A DNA stretch of 64,000 bases from Lama guanicoe (GCA_013239625.1 MU053652.1:3337902-3401901), one strand, 5' to 3'; positions 1 to 13,224 are shown, counted from the stretch's first letter. The notes: generated by a model from the sequence alone, not told the origin. Program-made: numbers and translations.

Positions 1-53
1 CGCAGATGATTATCTGCCCAAAATGTCAAGAATGCTGAGGTCAAGAACCCCTG
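1..53 (+). mobile_element. MER20-like hAT DNA transposon 3' end
   Basis: TTATCTGCCCAAAATGTCAAGAATGCTGAGGTCAAGAACCCCTG resembles the recalled MER20 terminus. Confidence 0.6.
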
Positions 54-181
54 GTCTAGGAAGACAGGTCTTTGTGCCCCTCCTTCAACCTCTGTGGGGT
101 GAGATTAGGGGTGAGTAGCTTGTGGGGCTCAGAGGCCAGAGGCCAACCCTGCTTTCCCAAAGAACAGGAGAAAGTCTGTAC

Positions 182-292
182 CTTGCTGTGGGTATAGGCA
201 AAACCATCAGGGTTGGTGACAATCTCCAGGAAGATATCCATGTTGTCAAGAATGGCGGTGAAAGCTGCATCCTGGCCATAGTCTTCTGTGAT
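182..292 (-). CDS. CPA1: CPA1 exon 6 ([37 protein letters not shown])
   Basis: 111 nt; NPDG motif; ACCAG|ATC ... AAG|GTACAG. Confidence 0.96.
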
Positions 293-468
293 CTGGTGGG
301 GGGGTTAGGGAGCAGAGGGGCAGAGTGGGCCACGCCAGGCATCTGCCATACTAGAGCAACGGATGACTGCCCTCAGCCTCCCTCTGTGGTCATTGCTTCT
401 AGATGGAAAGCAGATGCCAGGGTTTCTGTGGGCCTTGGAAAAAGGTCTCCTCCTCTCCCCAGGCTTAC

Positions 469-570
469 CTTCTTTGCAAACCAGACCCCGCTGGCCTGGG
501 TGATCCACTCTCGGGAATGGATGCCCGTGTCAATCCAGATGGCTGGACGGTTGCTTCCCCCAGTGCTGAA
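469..570 (-). CDS. CPA1: CPA1 exon 5 ([34 protein letters not shown]; zinc ligands H69/E72)
   Basis: 102 nt; HxxE motif; donor AAG|GTAAGC. Confidence 0.97.
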
Positions 571-1085
571 CTGGACGAAAAGAACAGGAAATAGTTCAGC
601 TGGGGCCCTGTCCTTGAAGAGGGGCACACCTGGGGCCAGAAGCTACCTGCTCTCTGGTATCTCAGGTTGAGACTGTTTGTGGGGCCATCACTCAGGTGGG
701 ATGTCAGGGTGGGTCCACAGAAACTGCAGAGCCTGGCCTCCTGTCCTCAGCTCAAGCTTGGAGCAAGTGTGACTCAGCCAGACTTTCGGGCCCTGACTTT
801 CGGGTCCCAATGCCAATACATAGTTCTCTGTCAAAAGTCACGAACAAAACATTTTACCTGGACTACCAGGTTTGGGATACTTCCCACAATGTGACACTTG
901 ACTAGAAACACCTAGAAGTTTAAACTATGTGTGTACAAGTATGCACACACCTATGCTAGCACAGGGAGTCCATACAACAGTGTGTTCTCTGTAACCCTAG
1001 GTTCACCCACAAGAGCCTATGCACAGATGTGGGTGCCCATTCTTGCAGATGTGCCCACGTACATCCACACACAGGCGCCCATTAC

Positions 1086-1187
1086 CTTTAGCACGTAGAT
1101 GGGACGACCTTCATAGCTGTTGCCGATCTGGAGCTTGCTGACAAGCTGTGGGTTCTCGGCCACCAGTAAGTCCATGAAATCATAGAT
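1086..1187 (-). CDS. CPA1: CPA1 exon 4 ([34 protein letters not shown])
   Basis: 102 nt; CTCAG|ATC ... AAG|GTAATG. Confidence 0.96.
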
Positions 1188-1432
1188 CTGAGGGGGCAGA
1201 GGAGCAAAGGATGCCTTCATGGCTTCCAGGCACCTGCATGCCTCCTTTAGCAGCTCCATTAGTGAGCCTGCTGTGGGCCCTGCAACGCAGAGGAGCCATG
1301 GCCCAGACCACCAAGGCCATGCGGAGACAGAGCAGGTGCCACGCACACCTGGGCTGGCCCTGGCTTTGGAGCATTCTGCCAGTCTGTCCAAGAGCTTGCT
1401 GCTTGTGGGGAGTGGCCCAGGGGGTCCCTCAC

Positions 1433-1666
1433 CTCCTCCAGGGTGTGGTAGGTGTCATAGTTAAAGGTCCTGGTGGAGCGGGCCCGAGACTGGGAGGCAA
1501 ACATCTGCTCCTGCTCCTCGTCCAGCAACGACTGCACGTCCTCGATCATGATTCTGTATCTGATGCCATGGGCCTCCAGGAAGACTTTGACAGCCTGGAT
1601 GCTGGAGAAGGGCACTCGGACGTCGATGGGGAACCCTGGCCGGGCAGGGCCCCGCCAGAAGTCCAG
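1433..1666 (-). CDS. CPA1: CPA1 exon 3 (LDFWRGP...[20 protein letters not shown]; pro-peptide/mature junction)
   Basis: 234 nt; AG/GT boundaries; contains the R|ARST trypsin activation site. Confidence 0.96.
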
Positions 1667-1811
1667 CTGGGGAGAACAAGAGCCGGCACTGTCTAGGCCA
1701 GCTGGGAAAAAGCCTGCCTTGGGAAGGGGTGTTGGAGCCAGAATTTCCCATATAACTGGGGATGGGGCATGGGTGTTAGAGGCAGAAGATGAAGGGAAAC
1801 TCTGGGCACTA

Positions 1812-2327
<516 letters not shown>

Positions 2328-2669
2328 CTAGCAATGAGAGGCCTGGGCTCCTTGGAAACTTCCAGACACTGCCGCTGTCTCCATCCCAGTTTAGACTCTT
2401 TCTCCAAAGCCAGACAGGCCTCCTCCTGCCTCCTCTCCTGAAAATTCCTCCTCAGAGCTCCAACTTCTCTAGGGTTTAGGAGATTGTCCTGAGAGACCGG
2501 GCCCCTTATCAGCCCTGGACCCCATGAGCCTGTCTTCTAGGATGGGCTAGTCTGCTCCTCTCTGGCCATCTTCCCATGCAGCTGTCTGTCCGTCTCCTCC
2601 AGACACTGGCTAGGGGCTGAGTCCTCCCTATCTCCCCTCTGAGACCCCCCGTCCTCTCCATGCTCCTAC

Positions 2670-2734
2670 CCAACAAAGTCCTCTTTGCCAAGGACAGCCC
2701 CCAGCAGAACACTCAAAATCAGCAGTCCCCGCAT
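2670..2734 (-). CDS. CPA1: CPA1 exon 1 coding part (signal peptide, MRGLLILSVLLGAVLGKEDFVG)
   Basis: ATG at 2734-2732; 65 nt; donor GG|GTAGGA. Confidence 0.95.
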
Positions 2735-2785
2735 GTTGCAGCCAGTTGGGAAGGTCAACTGAGGCTGAGAGAGGGTCCTGGGGCC

Positions 2786-2792
2786 TTTTAAA
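2786..2792 (-). promoter_or_regulatory. CPA1 TATA-like box (TTTAAAA)
   Basis: Isolated AT-rich heptamer 52-58 nt upstream of the ATG in GC-rich context. Confidence 0.65.
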
Positions 2793-2844
2793 CTCTCCCA
2801 GGATAGAGGTCTCCTGGCTATGCCCAAGAGTTGTCCTCCCCCTG

Positions 2845-2975
2845 CACCTGGGCCCTATCCCACGGGGATGGAGGGGTGGGAATTCTGAGCTTGACACCTT
2901 CCCACCCTCCCTGATAAAGTTTCAGGGAACAGGGCAGCTGGAGAGATAAGCCAGGCCTAAACCCCATGGCCATGA
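2845..2975. promoter_or_regulatory. Pancreatic acinar promoter module of CPA1 (two PTF1-type E-box + TC-box sites, two GATA sites, an NR5A2-like site)
   Basis: + strand CACCTG-N5-TATCCCACG (2845-2864); - strand CAGCTG-N5-TTCCCTG (2940-2923); TGATAA 2912-2917; AGATAAG 2944-2950; - strand TCATGGCCA 2975-2967. Confidence 0.7.
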
Positions 2976-5900
2976 GGGGCCAGCCTGGGCCTGAGGGTCA
3001 GCTGGGGCTTGAGGCCTCCCAGCTGGAACCCTGTTTGCCACAGCCCACAGCCTTGCAGCCCAAAGCCCCTGCCGTCCTGTCTACTGACCTGGCCGGGGAG
3101 AAGGAGCCAGCACTCTGGAGTGACCACACCAGCCAGGGCTTCGTGTAAGGTGTCCCCTTCTCCTGCTTGCCTGGGCACCAGCTCTTTTGTTCCTATGACA
3201 GAGCAAGCTGGAACCCTCTGCCCCCAGCCAGCTCCCAAATTTGCTGGCTCCTCACCACACTGACTTTGTCCAGGGCCGCCTGACCCTTAGAACACAGCCC
3301 CTGGAAGGGAACTTCCCAGCCCCACTCCCATCAGTCTCAGTGGCCTTGTGGGAGTCAGGCCACAGCAGCAGAAGCAGAAGTTTCCCTCTACCCCCACTGC
3401 TCTGGGGCTCTGGGATTAGGCTGCCCTTGATGGGAACTGTAACCAGATGTCATGTGAGTAGAAAGTGTGGTGGTGGGAACCAGGGCCAGAGCCTGGTGGG
3501 ACTGCACAGTGTACAGGAGGAGCTGGAATTCACAAGGGGAATTTGCTCTGGCTCTGGGTGCTGATCTCATTGCAGAGACATCTACACAAATCCACCCTAA
3601 TCCATGGGGCCCCAGCAGCTCCCCAGCACCCTCTTGGGGCTCTGCTTTGTGTCAGGGCCTCAGGCTTGGGCACTGACAACAGCCAAGGCATCTCTTTCTG
3701 GTTTCCATCTGTACCCACCCCCGACCCGGCTAACATTCCCAGGCCAAGGCAGGACGACCCCATTACATTTACTCACAACCCTCTCCTGAGCATAGCTCTG
3801 GGAAGATGATAAAACACTGAATCCATCCTTAACACATGCTGAGCCTCCATGAAGACTGTTCCTTTCTACCTCAGCAGCCCTGCCTGTCCCTCCAGACCCC
3901 AAGCACAGCTTACCTCCTCCCTGAAGCTTCCTCTGGTTTCCTTCTCTCTCACATATCTGCCCCTTCTCTGAATGCTCATCCCTTTGATCACTCACGCTTC
4001 TGGGCTAAGTCCTGTGCTTCACCCTGGGATGATGCCCATGGCAGACTGGTCCCTGGTCTCAGGGAGCTCATGGCCTAACGGGGAAAACAGAAGTAACCAA
4101 CAAATGCATGTTCTCTCAGGTTTTCCAAGAAGCTATCACCAAGACTTGATTAAACATGCAAGACACTCATTGGGCCGCTCTCTTGCTGTAGGAGACCTGA
4201 GTAGGGCATTTTCTCTGATATGGAGTGAAAAGTACCAGTAGGGCTATGGACTCAGCCAGGCCCATCCAAGAGTGTCTAGGGAAGACTTTACCAAGAAGGT
4301 GAAATTTGACCTGGATGTTAATGACTGGACTTTGCCAGGCCGGGAAGGGAAGGAGTGTTTATCACACTATTTGCTGCTTGAACACAAACTCCCATTTGTT
4401 TCTCTTTAGCTGTTCCCAGAGTGTTATTTCTGTCTCCTCAATGAGACTATACATTTCCTAAGACCAGGAACGGTGTCTCACCCATCCCTCGTATTCCCCC
4501 TCATCTCTTAGTGCCCTGCAGTGCTCTCAGACTGTTCAAATTTGTTCCCCACCAGGAAAGAAGGTTTTGGAGAGCCTTTCTTTACTTTGCATTATGAAAA
4601 CAGTATTTCTTTTTTTATTTCTAAATCAAAAGCCGTTCCACAATTTTGAACGTTTCATGCACACTACACATGTCGAGGTGGGTGTTGGCTAAGTCTTGGG
4701 CCTCTTGTGAATTCCTTCCTGAAAAGACAAGCCCATTAGAAAAAGGGGAGGAGTAGAGGGAGGGCCCTGCCTCACCAAGAGGGCCTCTTGCTGCCTTCAG
4801 CCAGCAATCTAAGGTTCAAGAGTCATATAATCTATTTTCTTGCAAGGTTGGAAAAGATTAATTCAATGCCGCAAACCAAAATTAGGGCCAGCACTGGCAG
4901 GAGGCTGGAAGCACAGTGGCAGAGGAATGTGGGTCTCAGGTGGAGGTTAAGCCTAATTCCTGGGGTCCCTCCAAAGTACCTCAGGAAGCTGAAAATTGCC
5001 TCTTGGTAAAGACCAATTTGCTAAACTGGAACCTGCGGCAGAGAGCCACAGCTCTGCCTTTCTACTCATGGGAATGTTTCATATCCGTCCAAAGCAAGGG
5101 CAACGATGAGGGCCATTGGGCTGAAAGCTGGGGGAACAGGCAGAGCACCAAGACCTATTAGCATGAGAAAGAAACCACCAGGCTGGCATCTAGATTCAAG
5201 GACAGGTCACTGAGCAAGTGCCTGAGTGCAAATAGATGGAAACTGACTAGTGATCAGTGTCCCTCCCTCCTTCCTCCTGGCTGAGCAAACCCAGATTGTA
5301 CGCAGGTGTCACCCCCAGGAAGGTCACCCCATTCCCAGCTCAGGGATAAATTCTAAGATGGGTTGAAGGAATCTCATTCTTTTTGCAAGTGGTTGGTTTA
5401 CAGGTGGGCATGCAACCCCCTTTTGTCAATGAGATGTGAGGGGAGGCCAGGGAGGAAGCTTCTAGAAAATATTTCCCCTGTCTTGAGAAGGAGGAACCTT
5501 TCTCTGGATATTGTTAAGCCTGTTGCCCCACCTTTGGACTACATATGAAAAAAATTATTTTTATTAATTGGGATTTCTGTTATCACTGTAAAAAACACTC
5601 TGATGCACTTCCAAAGATTTTAAAGTGTTGTATTGCCAGAAGACAATAAATTTTAGTCCAGGGGAACCTCATCTGAGGTGGAGAAAGGCATCCCCCTCCC
5701 ACTCTGGGCAGACATCAACCCTCGTCCTCCACTGAACGGCTTTGTGCAGTGCACAAACTGGACAGCTATTGGTGACAGCCCTGTTGCCAGAGAACACCCA
5801 AGCATGGTAAATAGAGGCTCTGGAACAATGCTTAGAGATCCCCAAGTAGGACCTAGGAAATGGGTTGTTAAAGACACACAAGAAGCAGCAGTCCCCCACG

Positions 5901-8477
5901 TCCATGTTAGAGATCAAACGGGGGCAGTGGATAAGGGAGGCCTTTGAAGAGCACACAAACGGGTGCAGTCAGAACGGCTGGTAGAGTAGATGGATGAGAC
6001 GCCAGCTGTCTTTCTGGCAAATGTGTTTAAGGCTGTGCGTGGTACAGTGTGTGTATGGGAAGAGAAATCTATGGGAATTTGGGGCAGGCAAGTGGCAGAC
6101 TGTCAAGGACATCTCTTGTTTGCCCCGCCCAGTATCCTCCTGCTGATAACAGCACATCCATTTCCCCTTAGGGCCACCCTTCCTGACTCTGAAGCCATGT
6201 GGTTCAGGTGGACCTAGCCACTCCACCCCCACCTCCACTCTAAGGAAGAGCCAACCAATTTTAGTTTTTCCCCTCAGGTTTTTTCAAGTTGGTTTTCTGT
6301 CACATGTGACTGAAAAAGTACACAACTAACACAAAGACACTGTCTAACTTCAGAATAGAGAAAAATGGGAGAGGAATGCCTTGTGAAAGTAGACTGCCAC
6401 AAACCCAGCATATGATTTGGGGCAGGTCCCTGAACATCCCTGGGCCTCAGTGTCCCCATTTATGAAATGATGGGGTTGGTCAGAATGGTCTCCATGGCTC
6501 CTTCCAGCTCTGACACTTTATGATTCTAGGATATTTGTATTTTTTACCCTCAAACAAATCACAGCCGTGGTGACAGGTCTGGGCAGGGTGGAGAGAGGCT
6601 TGCCAGGTTTGCAGGGAGATCAGAATAGAGCCACAGGGGCCCTGGGGCTCGAATGGGTAAATGTTCCCAGGGCGGTGTAGGTGGGGAGAGACTACATCCT
6701 GCAGAGGCTGCAGTAGCGGGTCGTGGGGCTGCGGGGGCATCATGAAAGGCTGGAAGGAGGAGGTCCTTCATAACTGAGTGTCCAGAAGAGCCTATTTGTT
6801 TGCTTTGAAGCTGTGAAACTGTCACTTTAAAGTAGCTAGTGGTATTTGTCCCCAGACTGGAGGCAGAATTTTTCTTTGGAGGAAGAGTCACCTGGTGAGA
6901 GCAGCACTCCAGTGGGTCTTTAGGAAAGTCGATTTAAGCCCAAATCTCAGAACAGAGATGCAGCAGAGAGAGGAACTAAGCAGGAATGTCCCATGTGTAG
7001 AAGGAAAAATGAGGAAGGGGAAGTTTGCCTCTAACTGAGACCAACAGAGGAGATGGGGAGCACTGGGTGCACTGCTACACTTGAGGGGCTGGATGGGCTG
7101 TCCCAGCAACGTGGGAGCAGGCAGAGGGTCAAAAGAGAGTGAAGGCTGCAGGGGTTTCCTCATGAAGGGACATGAACCACCAAATCCAACATCACCGATC
7201 TCCAGCATCCAATTTAGGTGCTTTATTTTTCACATTGCATTTCTCTTCTGTGTTCCCAAGTAAAATTTTGTGAGATGTCACCTGTGGTCTAGGCTATGCT
7301 TTGGGGAATGAGGGAGGTGGGCTGATGGGCAGGGGGGTAAATGCAGAGCCACAGAGCTGGGTAGGAGGGAGCAAGAGGTCGAGTGCAGACCCCAGGGAGA
7401 GGCTAGTGTGGGACAAGACAAACGAAGAGATTTGCAAACATCATCATTCCCAAGGACTGTCCCAGTCCTCGGGGAAGGAGACCCTCCGAAGGCGAACTGG
7501 CTGGAGTTGTCCTTCAGGACACCCCGACCCCAAACCTCACTCCCAAGAGGAATATGGATTCACCAGTTTGTCAAGCACTGACAGGCGCCATGTTCCCTGG
7601 TCTCTCCCTCAGCTTGTACCAAGTGTCTGCCTGGGCCTTCTTACTTTTCTAAAGAAGCTTTTTAAAATTTTATTTTATTTTTCAGTAAACTCTGACCCTG
7701 TCTGGGGTGGTCAGAGGGGAGACAGAGGAGGACGGGGGAAGTGAACAGCTCCTCACTGGACTCCGACGACCACAGCCGTTAGCCCATCACCCTCTGCCGC
7801 CTGCCCTGCCCTCACACAGGACTCTTTCACATTCCAAACTGCCTGCCTAGTTTGTTTTTTTACGAAAGCAGTAACCACAGCACATTCACTGTGGTTCTTT
7901 ATAGCTTTCCATATGTATAATCACTCTTTCTCTCTTCAGTTTTTCCAGTGCTTTTTTCTTTTAAATAAATGCTCATAAATTTTACTAGTGAAAAGGATGA
8001 AAAAACATACCTTAAAAAGAGCAGTTTGTTGGGAGGTAAAAAAACGGAGAATGCAGAAAATAAAAAATCCTGTTTAGTAGCATATACCTAAGAAATAGGG
8101 GGGGGACGGGTGGAGAATTCAAGTTTTATGACTGTAATATCTCCAGAACTTGTATGTCTATGTCTTGAGCTTTTACTTGATAAACTTAAATCCCCAGCCA
8201 TCACCCCACTGGGCTTGCTAAGGAGACCCCTCAGTCCTAGGATCCCTGGCTTCTCTCAGGCATTAGGTTCCTGCGGGGCCTTGTGTAAGTCAGATGATCC
8301 AGAGGCCCCCAGTCTTTACAACTGCAAAGGGTTGGATTAGAAGCTTTCAAAGGACCCTTTCATCTGGAAAGTTCTGTGGCTTTATGATTAAGTCAGTCAC
8401 TTGATGAACTAGAGCAAAAAAACTGATTCAGAGGCCCCTTCAGATCCTCTTCCCCCCTCAGGGAAGCTGCAACAGAT

Positions 8478-8915
8478 TCTGCTGGCTGCCTCCCCAATAC
8501 CCATTCGCCCCTTCCTTCTTACTGACAGAACTCCAGTTTTAGGGAGCCGTGATGCGCTCAGCTATAAAGCCATTTCTCAGCCTCCCTTGCAGCTGGGCAT
8601 GGCCTCCTGACCAGTCCCAGGCAATAAGGTGGAACCTGAAGTCCATGGATGGCCAACTAACGGGTTTTTTTGCCCTTTGCTCTTCCTGCCGGAATTCAGT
8701 CATGATGATAATAGACTAGGGGTCAAAATGATAGCAGTGGAAAAACAGAACAGGCCAGAGGAGTCTGGGTCCCCAGCGCATCAAGGAGCCACTGAACTAG
8801 CCCTGAACTGCCCACCTCAGATGATTTGTTACGTGACAAAAACAAAACCTTGATCAGGTTAAGACACAGTAAGAGGGGTTTCTGTCACATAACGCTAAAC
8901 CTAGTCCTAATTTGT
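8478..8915 (+). mobile_element. ERVL-MaLR (MLT1-type) LTR relic
   Basis: CATTTTCTCAGCCTCCCTTGCAGCTGGG...GGGGTTTCTGTCACAT...CCTAA, typical of MLT1 LTRs; subfamily uncertain. Confidence 0.55.
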
Positions 8916-8939
8916 ACTAGGCTGAGGAGAAAAACACCC

Positions 8940-9455
8940 CTTCAACAAATGTTGTGTACCTACTGTGTGCCTGACAGGAACTGAGTGAGGGTGAATCACC
9001 CAGACACGGAATCTTCCCTAGCAGGCTCTCAAACTAGCAGCAGACACAAACAACAGCAAATAAAGAAGTCAATTATCATTGCTATCGAAGAAATAATTAA
9101 AGCCTGGGGAAAGAGAATGATAGAAGATCTCCAGTGGGTGGTCCTCGAAGGACTAGTGAGGAAATGATATTGAAGGGGAAATTTTAAGAAATGGGCCATA
9201 TGAAGGAAGAGTAAGAGGAAAGAATATTCCAGACAAGGAGGAGCAGCACATACAAAGGCATCTAGTTGGGAAAGATCTGAAGGAACTGAGAGAAGGCTGG
9301 TGAGGTTGGAGCTGATGAACGAGGTTCTGAAACAAGGTGACAGAGAGCTGGCCACCTTGCAGGGCCTGGCAGGGCCAGCCATGCAGTGCCTTGGGCGGGC
9401 TTTCATAAGTCAGTGAAGGATTTTAAGGAAAAAGTTACCTTTTAAGAAGACCTCC
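8940..9455 (-). mobile_element. L2 LINE 3' fragment
   Basis: TTCAACAAATGTTGTGTACCTACTGTGTGCC... antisense L2 3' end pattern. Confidence 0.6.
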
Positions 9456-9564
9456 ATCGGGAAGGCAGTTTCAGTCCCAACTTCTATGGGTCTGCTGGCT
9501 GCAGAGGGATCTTGTCAACGTGGCTGTGAGAACAAGTTCCTGGCCCTGGTCCTGGAGGCTTTGG

Positions 9565-9785
9565 GGCATGGATCAGGTTCACCCGGAGTTCAGTCTCAGG
9601 CCTGCCACTCAGTAGCTGTGTGCCTTTTGGTCACTTCCTCTCTGAGCCTAAGCTTCCTTATCTGAAAATAAGGACAGTAATAGTCCTACCTCTTAGAGCT
9701 GTGAGGAGGCAATGTATTGAATCCTGTAACTCACTTGGAACCATGCCTGGCACACAGTAAGCGCCAGAAAATAGTTCATTCTTTT
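9565..9785 (+). mobile_element. MIR SINE
   Basis: Core CTCTCTGAGCCTAAGCTTCCTTATCTGAAAATAAGGACAGTAATAGTCCTACCTC ... TGCCTGGCACACAGTAAGCGC. Confidence 0.75.
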
Positions 9786-9834
9786 CACTGTTACTGGGAA
9801 ACCCATCAGGGTCCAGATACTCCTGTCTCTAGGG

Positions 9835-9963
9835 CAGTGCTTCTCCATCATCTGGGTCCCATCCCCGAAGATTCTGATTCAGGAGGTCTGGGGTGGCCTG
9901 AGAATTTGCATTTCTAACAAGCTCCCAAGTGATGCTGATGCCTGGGGTCTGCAGATAGCACTG
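9835..9963 (+). mobile_element. MER5A-like hAT-Charlie element, internally deleted
   Basis: Terminal inverted repeats CAGTGCT...AGCACTG; 8-bp target duplication CTCTAGGG/CTTTAGGG; internal AATTTGCATTTCTAACAAGCTCCCA. Confidence 0.8.
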
Positions 9964-11832
9964 CTTTAGGGTAGGACCAAGGCAGCCCCTTGGGAATATT
10001 TTGGAGAAGGATGGCTGGCTTCCCCTGCAGTAGCCACTTTCAGCCCTAATGGACAGTGGCAGAGGGTGGGAGGCTAAAACCCCAACACCCCCTAGAAGAA
10101 TTAAACATGTTCCTTCTGGGAGGCAGGAGAGTGGAGATCAGTGGTTCTCAGCCTTTAAGGAGTCTCAGAACTCCTGGGGAAGACGGTAAAAATGCAGATT
10201 TAGGGGGTCCACCCCAGAGATTTTTTCAGTCTGGGAATGGAACCCAAATATCTTTACGTTAAACAGCTCCCTTTGGAGTCTGCCACAGGTCACATTTGGA
10301 CAATTGGTGGCATGATGATTTTGGAGTGAGACAAACCCAAGTTCACATCTCCCTCAACAACCTTCAATCTTTGTGGCCTTTTGTAACCTTTAAAACCTCT
10401 CCAAATCATGCTTTCCTTATCTCAGCTTATTAACAAGCTTATTGATATGAGTATTTCATCTCCCCATGAAGATGAAATAAAAATATCTAAGCAAAGGGCA
10501 TAAAAGTTATAATCACGGATTCTGGTATGCAAAGGTATAATTTGCTTTATTTATCAATAGCTTATATTAATGTAGCTCATAACCTCAGATTTCTACTAAT
10601 AGCAGAAAACTTCAGCTTGGAAATTCTAGCTCACTCAGACCACTTCCAGCTTTTAAAAAAACTCAAGTCTCTTTTGGGAAAGTCTAGCCCGAGTCAGGAT
10701 TGTTTTCTTCTCTGTCACCAGCAATTCCCCTGGAGATGATCTAGGTTCTTCAGGCCTCCTACATGGCACAGCTGGCCCTGGGCACAGGCATGCCCAATTG
10801 ATGCCCACTGTGCCACCCTTCCACTAACTGGTCCAACCTCTGCTTCTTTTACAGGTTGGACAAAAAGGGGATGTATCTTATTTCCTGCTGCTTTCTTCCC
10901 CGTCTGTGATTTACAGTAAAACCCTAAACTCTGTGAGCTGCAGGGGCCGATTCATATGTACCCACAATCCTTTCCTTTTGCAAGAACAACAACAATAAAA
11001 AGTCTGGCCCTTGCAAATGAAAGTCTTGCTTTTTGTCTCAGACTTTAACAAATCCCTTTCAGCTCTCCAGTTGACCTCTTGTTCTTGGGGGTGCTTGCCT
11101 TCCCCTGAATGCAGGGCAAAGAGGCTAACTATCCTGGCTCCCGAATGATGGGGGAAGGCAAAAGTTACAAGGAGGCTTGAGGATATGGGAGAGCACCTCT
11201 TTTGTATCTCAGAATCTCTCCCTGAGATTCCATGGCTGGACTAACTTCTCAGGGCATGACAACCATGATTACTATGGTGAGGAAGAGAAAGAGGACTTCT
11301 CTCCGGATGCACAGGGCTTTGCTGTGCTGGCTCTGACTGGCTGTAATTCTATGCTCCCAAGATCAAAGGAGCCTGTGAGGGTGCCCAGGAAGAACAGGTC
11401 ACAAACCAGTGACTTGTTCACTTTTATTAACAGGGTGAGAAGGATCTTCTGAGTGGGGGCCTCTGAAATGTGCACCTACTCCCTATCCAGCACAGGAAAT
11501 GAAGCAGGAAGAGGAGGCGGCTGCCTGTCAGTACCCACCTCTCGCTCAAGGTGCCAGAAAAGCCAATCACTGGAGATTCACTCCTTCAGATCAAACACTG
11601 ACCCTTCCAGGGTCATCTTAAAATATAAGCACCAAGGGAACAAATTGTGTATTAGTACCTCCAAGTGTCTGTTCTGGGCCCCAAGAACATTGCAAGAGGA
11701 GAAAAGGGAAGGCCTGCTAGCCCCACATCCTCCTGGACAGCTGGGGAGTGAAGAGGCATTTCCAAGGCCCCTGTCCTCTCCCCGGTGCTGAGCCCAAAAG
11801 GATGGTGGCTGCCAAGCCTGTTCAAACTTGTG

Positions 11833-11838
11833 TTTATT
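11833..11838 (-). terminator. CPA5 proximal polyadenylation signal AATAAA
   Basis: tttatt on + strand, about 115 nt after the stop; a second AATAAA lies at 11428-11423. Confidence 0.6.
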
Positions 11839-11951
11839 TCCAAAGAAGCTGGGGGTGGGGTAGGGAGGGGATACATTGCTTGGGTCTCAGGAGGAGCCCC
11901 AAGCCTTGGGGAAGAGGACAAATCTTCCTGCTCTGCCCCTCTGCAGTGTTG

Positions 11952-12139
11952 TCAGTAGGGGTGATTCAGTGTGTGCTCCATGATGGTCTGAATGGCCAGC
12001 CACGTCTCCTGGGCCGTGGGGACGATCTGTGCGGCTGGCAGCAGGAAACCGTAGCGCCCGGTGTCCCGGAGCTCAAAGCTGAAGGAGTACTTGATGCCAC
12101 TGTCGTAGGCCCAGTCGACAGTGATCCCACTGGCCACAT
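11952..12139 (-). CDS. CPA5: CPA5 last coding exon ([35 protein letters not shown]...HTLNHPY*)
   Basis: 188 nt to TGA at 11954-11952; Y248 codon split across the intron; E270 in FELRD. Confidence 0.96.
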
Positions 12140-12594
12140 CTGTATACAAAAGGGCGAGGAAACACCCCCACAAGGAAGGGCAAGGTGTGACCACAAGGTA
12201 CAGAGGCATCCTGAAAGGACTGGGCCAGAAAGCGGGCCCTGGGGGCCAAATCCCCACCTATCCCAGACCACACCAAACTTCCTGGCCCAGGCCTCAACCT
12301 GGGCCACACCCTGCTCATGCAGTCCATTCTCTGCCCCAGTAAAAAGAAAGCACCGTGAGGCCACTAGATTTAGTATATTTACCCTCAAGGAACATGACAG
12401 TAAGCCAGGCATAGGGAGCTATTAATTAATGCTGCAAATAAAAAGCTGCCTGTATCTGGGTACCACCATTCACCCTTCTATCCAGATGTGGAAACCAGCT
12501 CTGGCCCAGCCCAGTCAGCAAAGAGCCTGCACCTGCCTGACCCCAAGTTGATGTAGTGCCTGAACCAGCAACAGCCAGGGGAAGGCTCACTCAC

Positions 12595-12679
12595 AGAGGG
12601 TGGTGCTGATGCTGCCAAAAATGTACTCCATTCCATGGACCTTATACAGGGCCTGCACCGCATTCTTCGCAAGACTGTA
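12595..12679 (-). CDS. CPA5: CPA5 coding exon 10 (YSLAKNAVQALYKVHGMEYIFGSISTTL)
   Basis: 85 nt; TGCAG|TAC ... T|GTGAGT. Confidence 0.95.
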
Positions 12680-12960
12680 CTGCAAGATTAAATCCAGAGG
12701 GTGAGAGGCCCACGCTCCCCATACCCCCACATCCTCAGCAGCTGCTAAGAAGCAGGAACTTAGGAGTCTTGGAAGTTGAATGTGTAGATGACTCTTGTGA
12801 AAAGGGAGCACAGCACCTCTAGCTTCGAACTTGATCACAAGTGAGAACAAGCCCCTGTTGCTGCCCCCTCCCCTACCAGACCCCACCACCCACTCCCTAC
12901 CATGGGACCAATTGGGAGTCTGCTAGATGCCTCCCCGAAGCCTTAAGCAGCCAATCTCAC

Positions 12961-13160
12961 CAACTCCTCCTGGTCTGAAACAGGCTCCAGAGTGTGGCCA
13001 TAAGGGTACATGAGCATCTGAGAGTAGCTGTGGATGGAGATCAGAGCCTTGATGTTCCCGTGGGCTGTGATGAAGTCCACAATGGCAGCCACTTCTGGCT
13101 CTGACTGAGGAGAGGGCCCATGATAAGTCTCTGAGCAGGGGCTGTTGTTAGAACCATTTC
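12961..13160 (-). CDS. CPA5: CPA5 coding exon 9 ([15 protein letters not shown]...[15 protein letters not shown]...EEL; H196)
   Basis: 200 nt; TACAG|GA ... TTG|GTGAGA. Confidence 0.96.
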
Positions 13161-13224
13161 CTGTAAGTAGAATAAAAGCACCCAAAGGGTTCAAATTCCC
13201 AGGCTTGGGAAAGACACTTAGTAT

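Noticed and set aside
122..670. 182-aa + strand ORF
   Set aside because: Antisense to CPA1 exons 5-6; non-ATG start; no independent coding signal.
4771..4786. CTCF-like motif CACCAAGAGGGC upstream of CPA1
   Set aside because: Several mismatches in the 5' half of the core; cannot be supported without a PWM score or ChIP data.
11748..12425. 225-aa + strand ORF, the longest in the track
   Set aside because: Antisense shadow of the GC-rich CPA5 last exon and flanks; starts at a non-ATG codon; no recognisable domain.
12587..12594. Tandem donor GTGAGTGAG after CPA5 exon 10
   Set aside because: The first donor is the consensus GTGAGT and keeps the frame; the +4 GT is inherent to that consensus and would frameshift.
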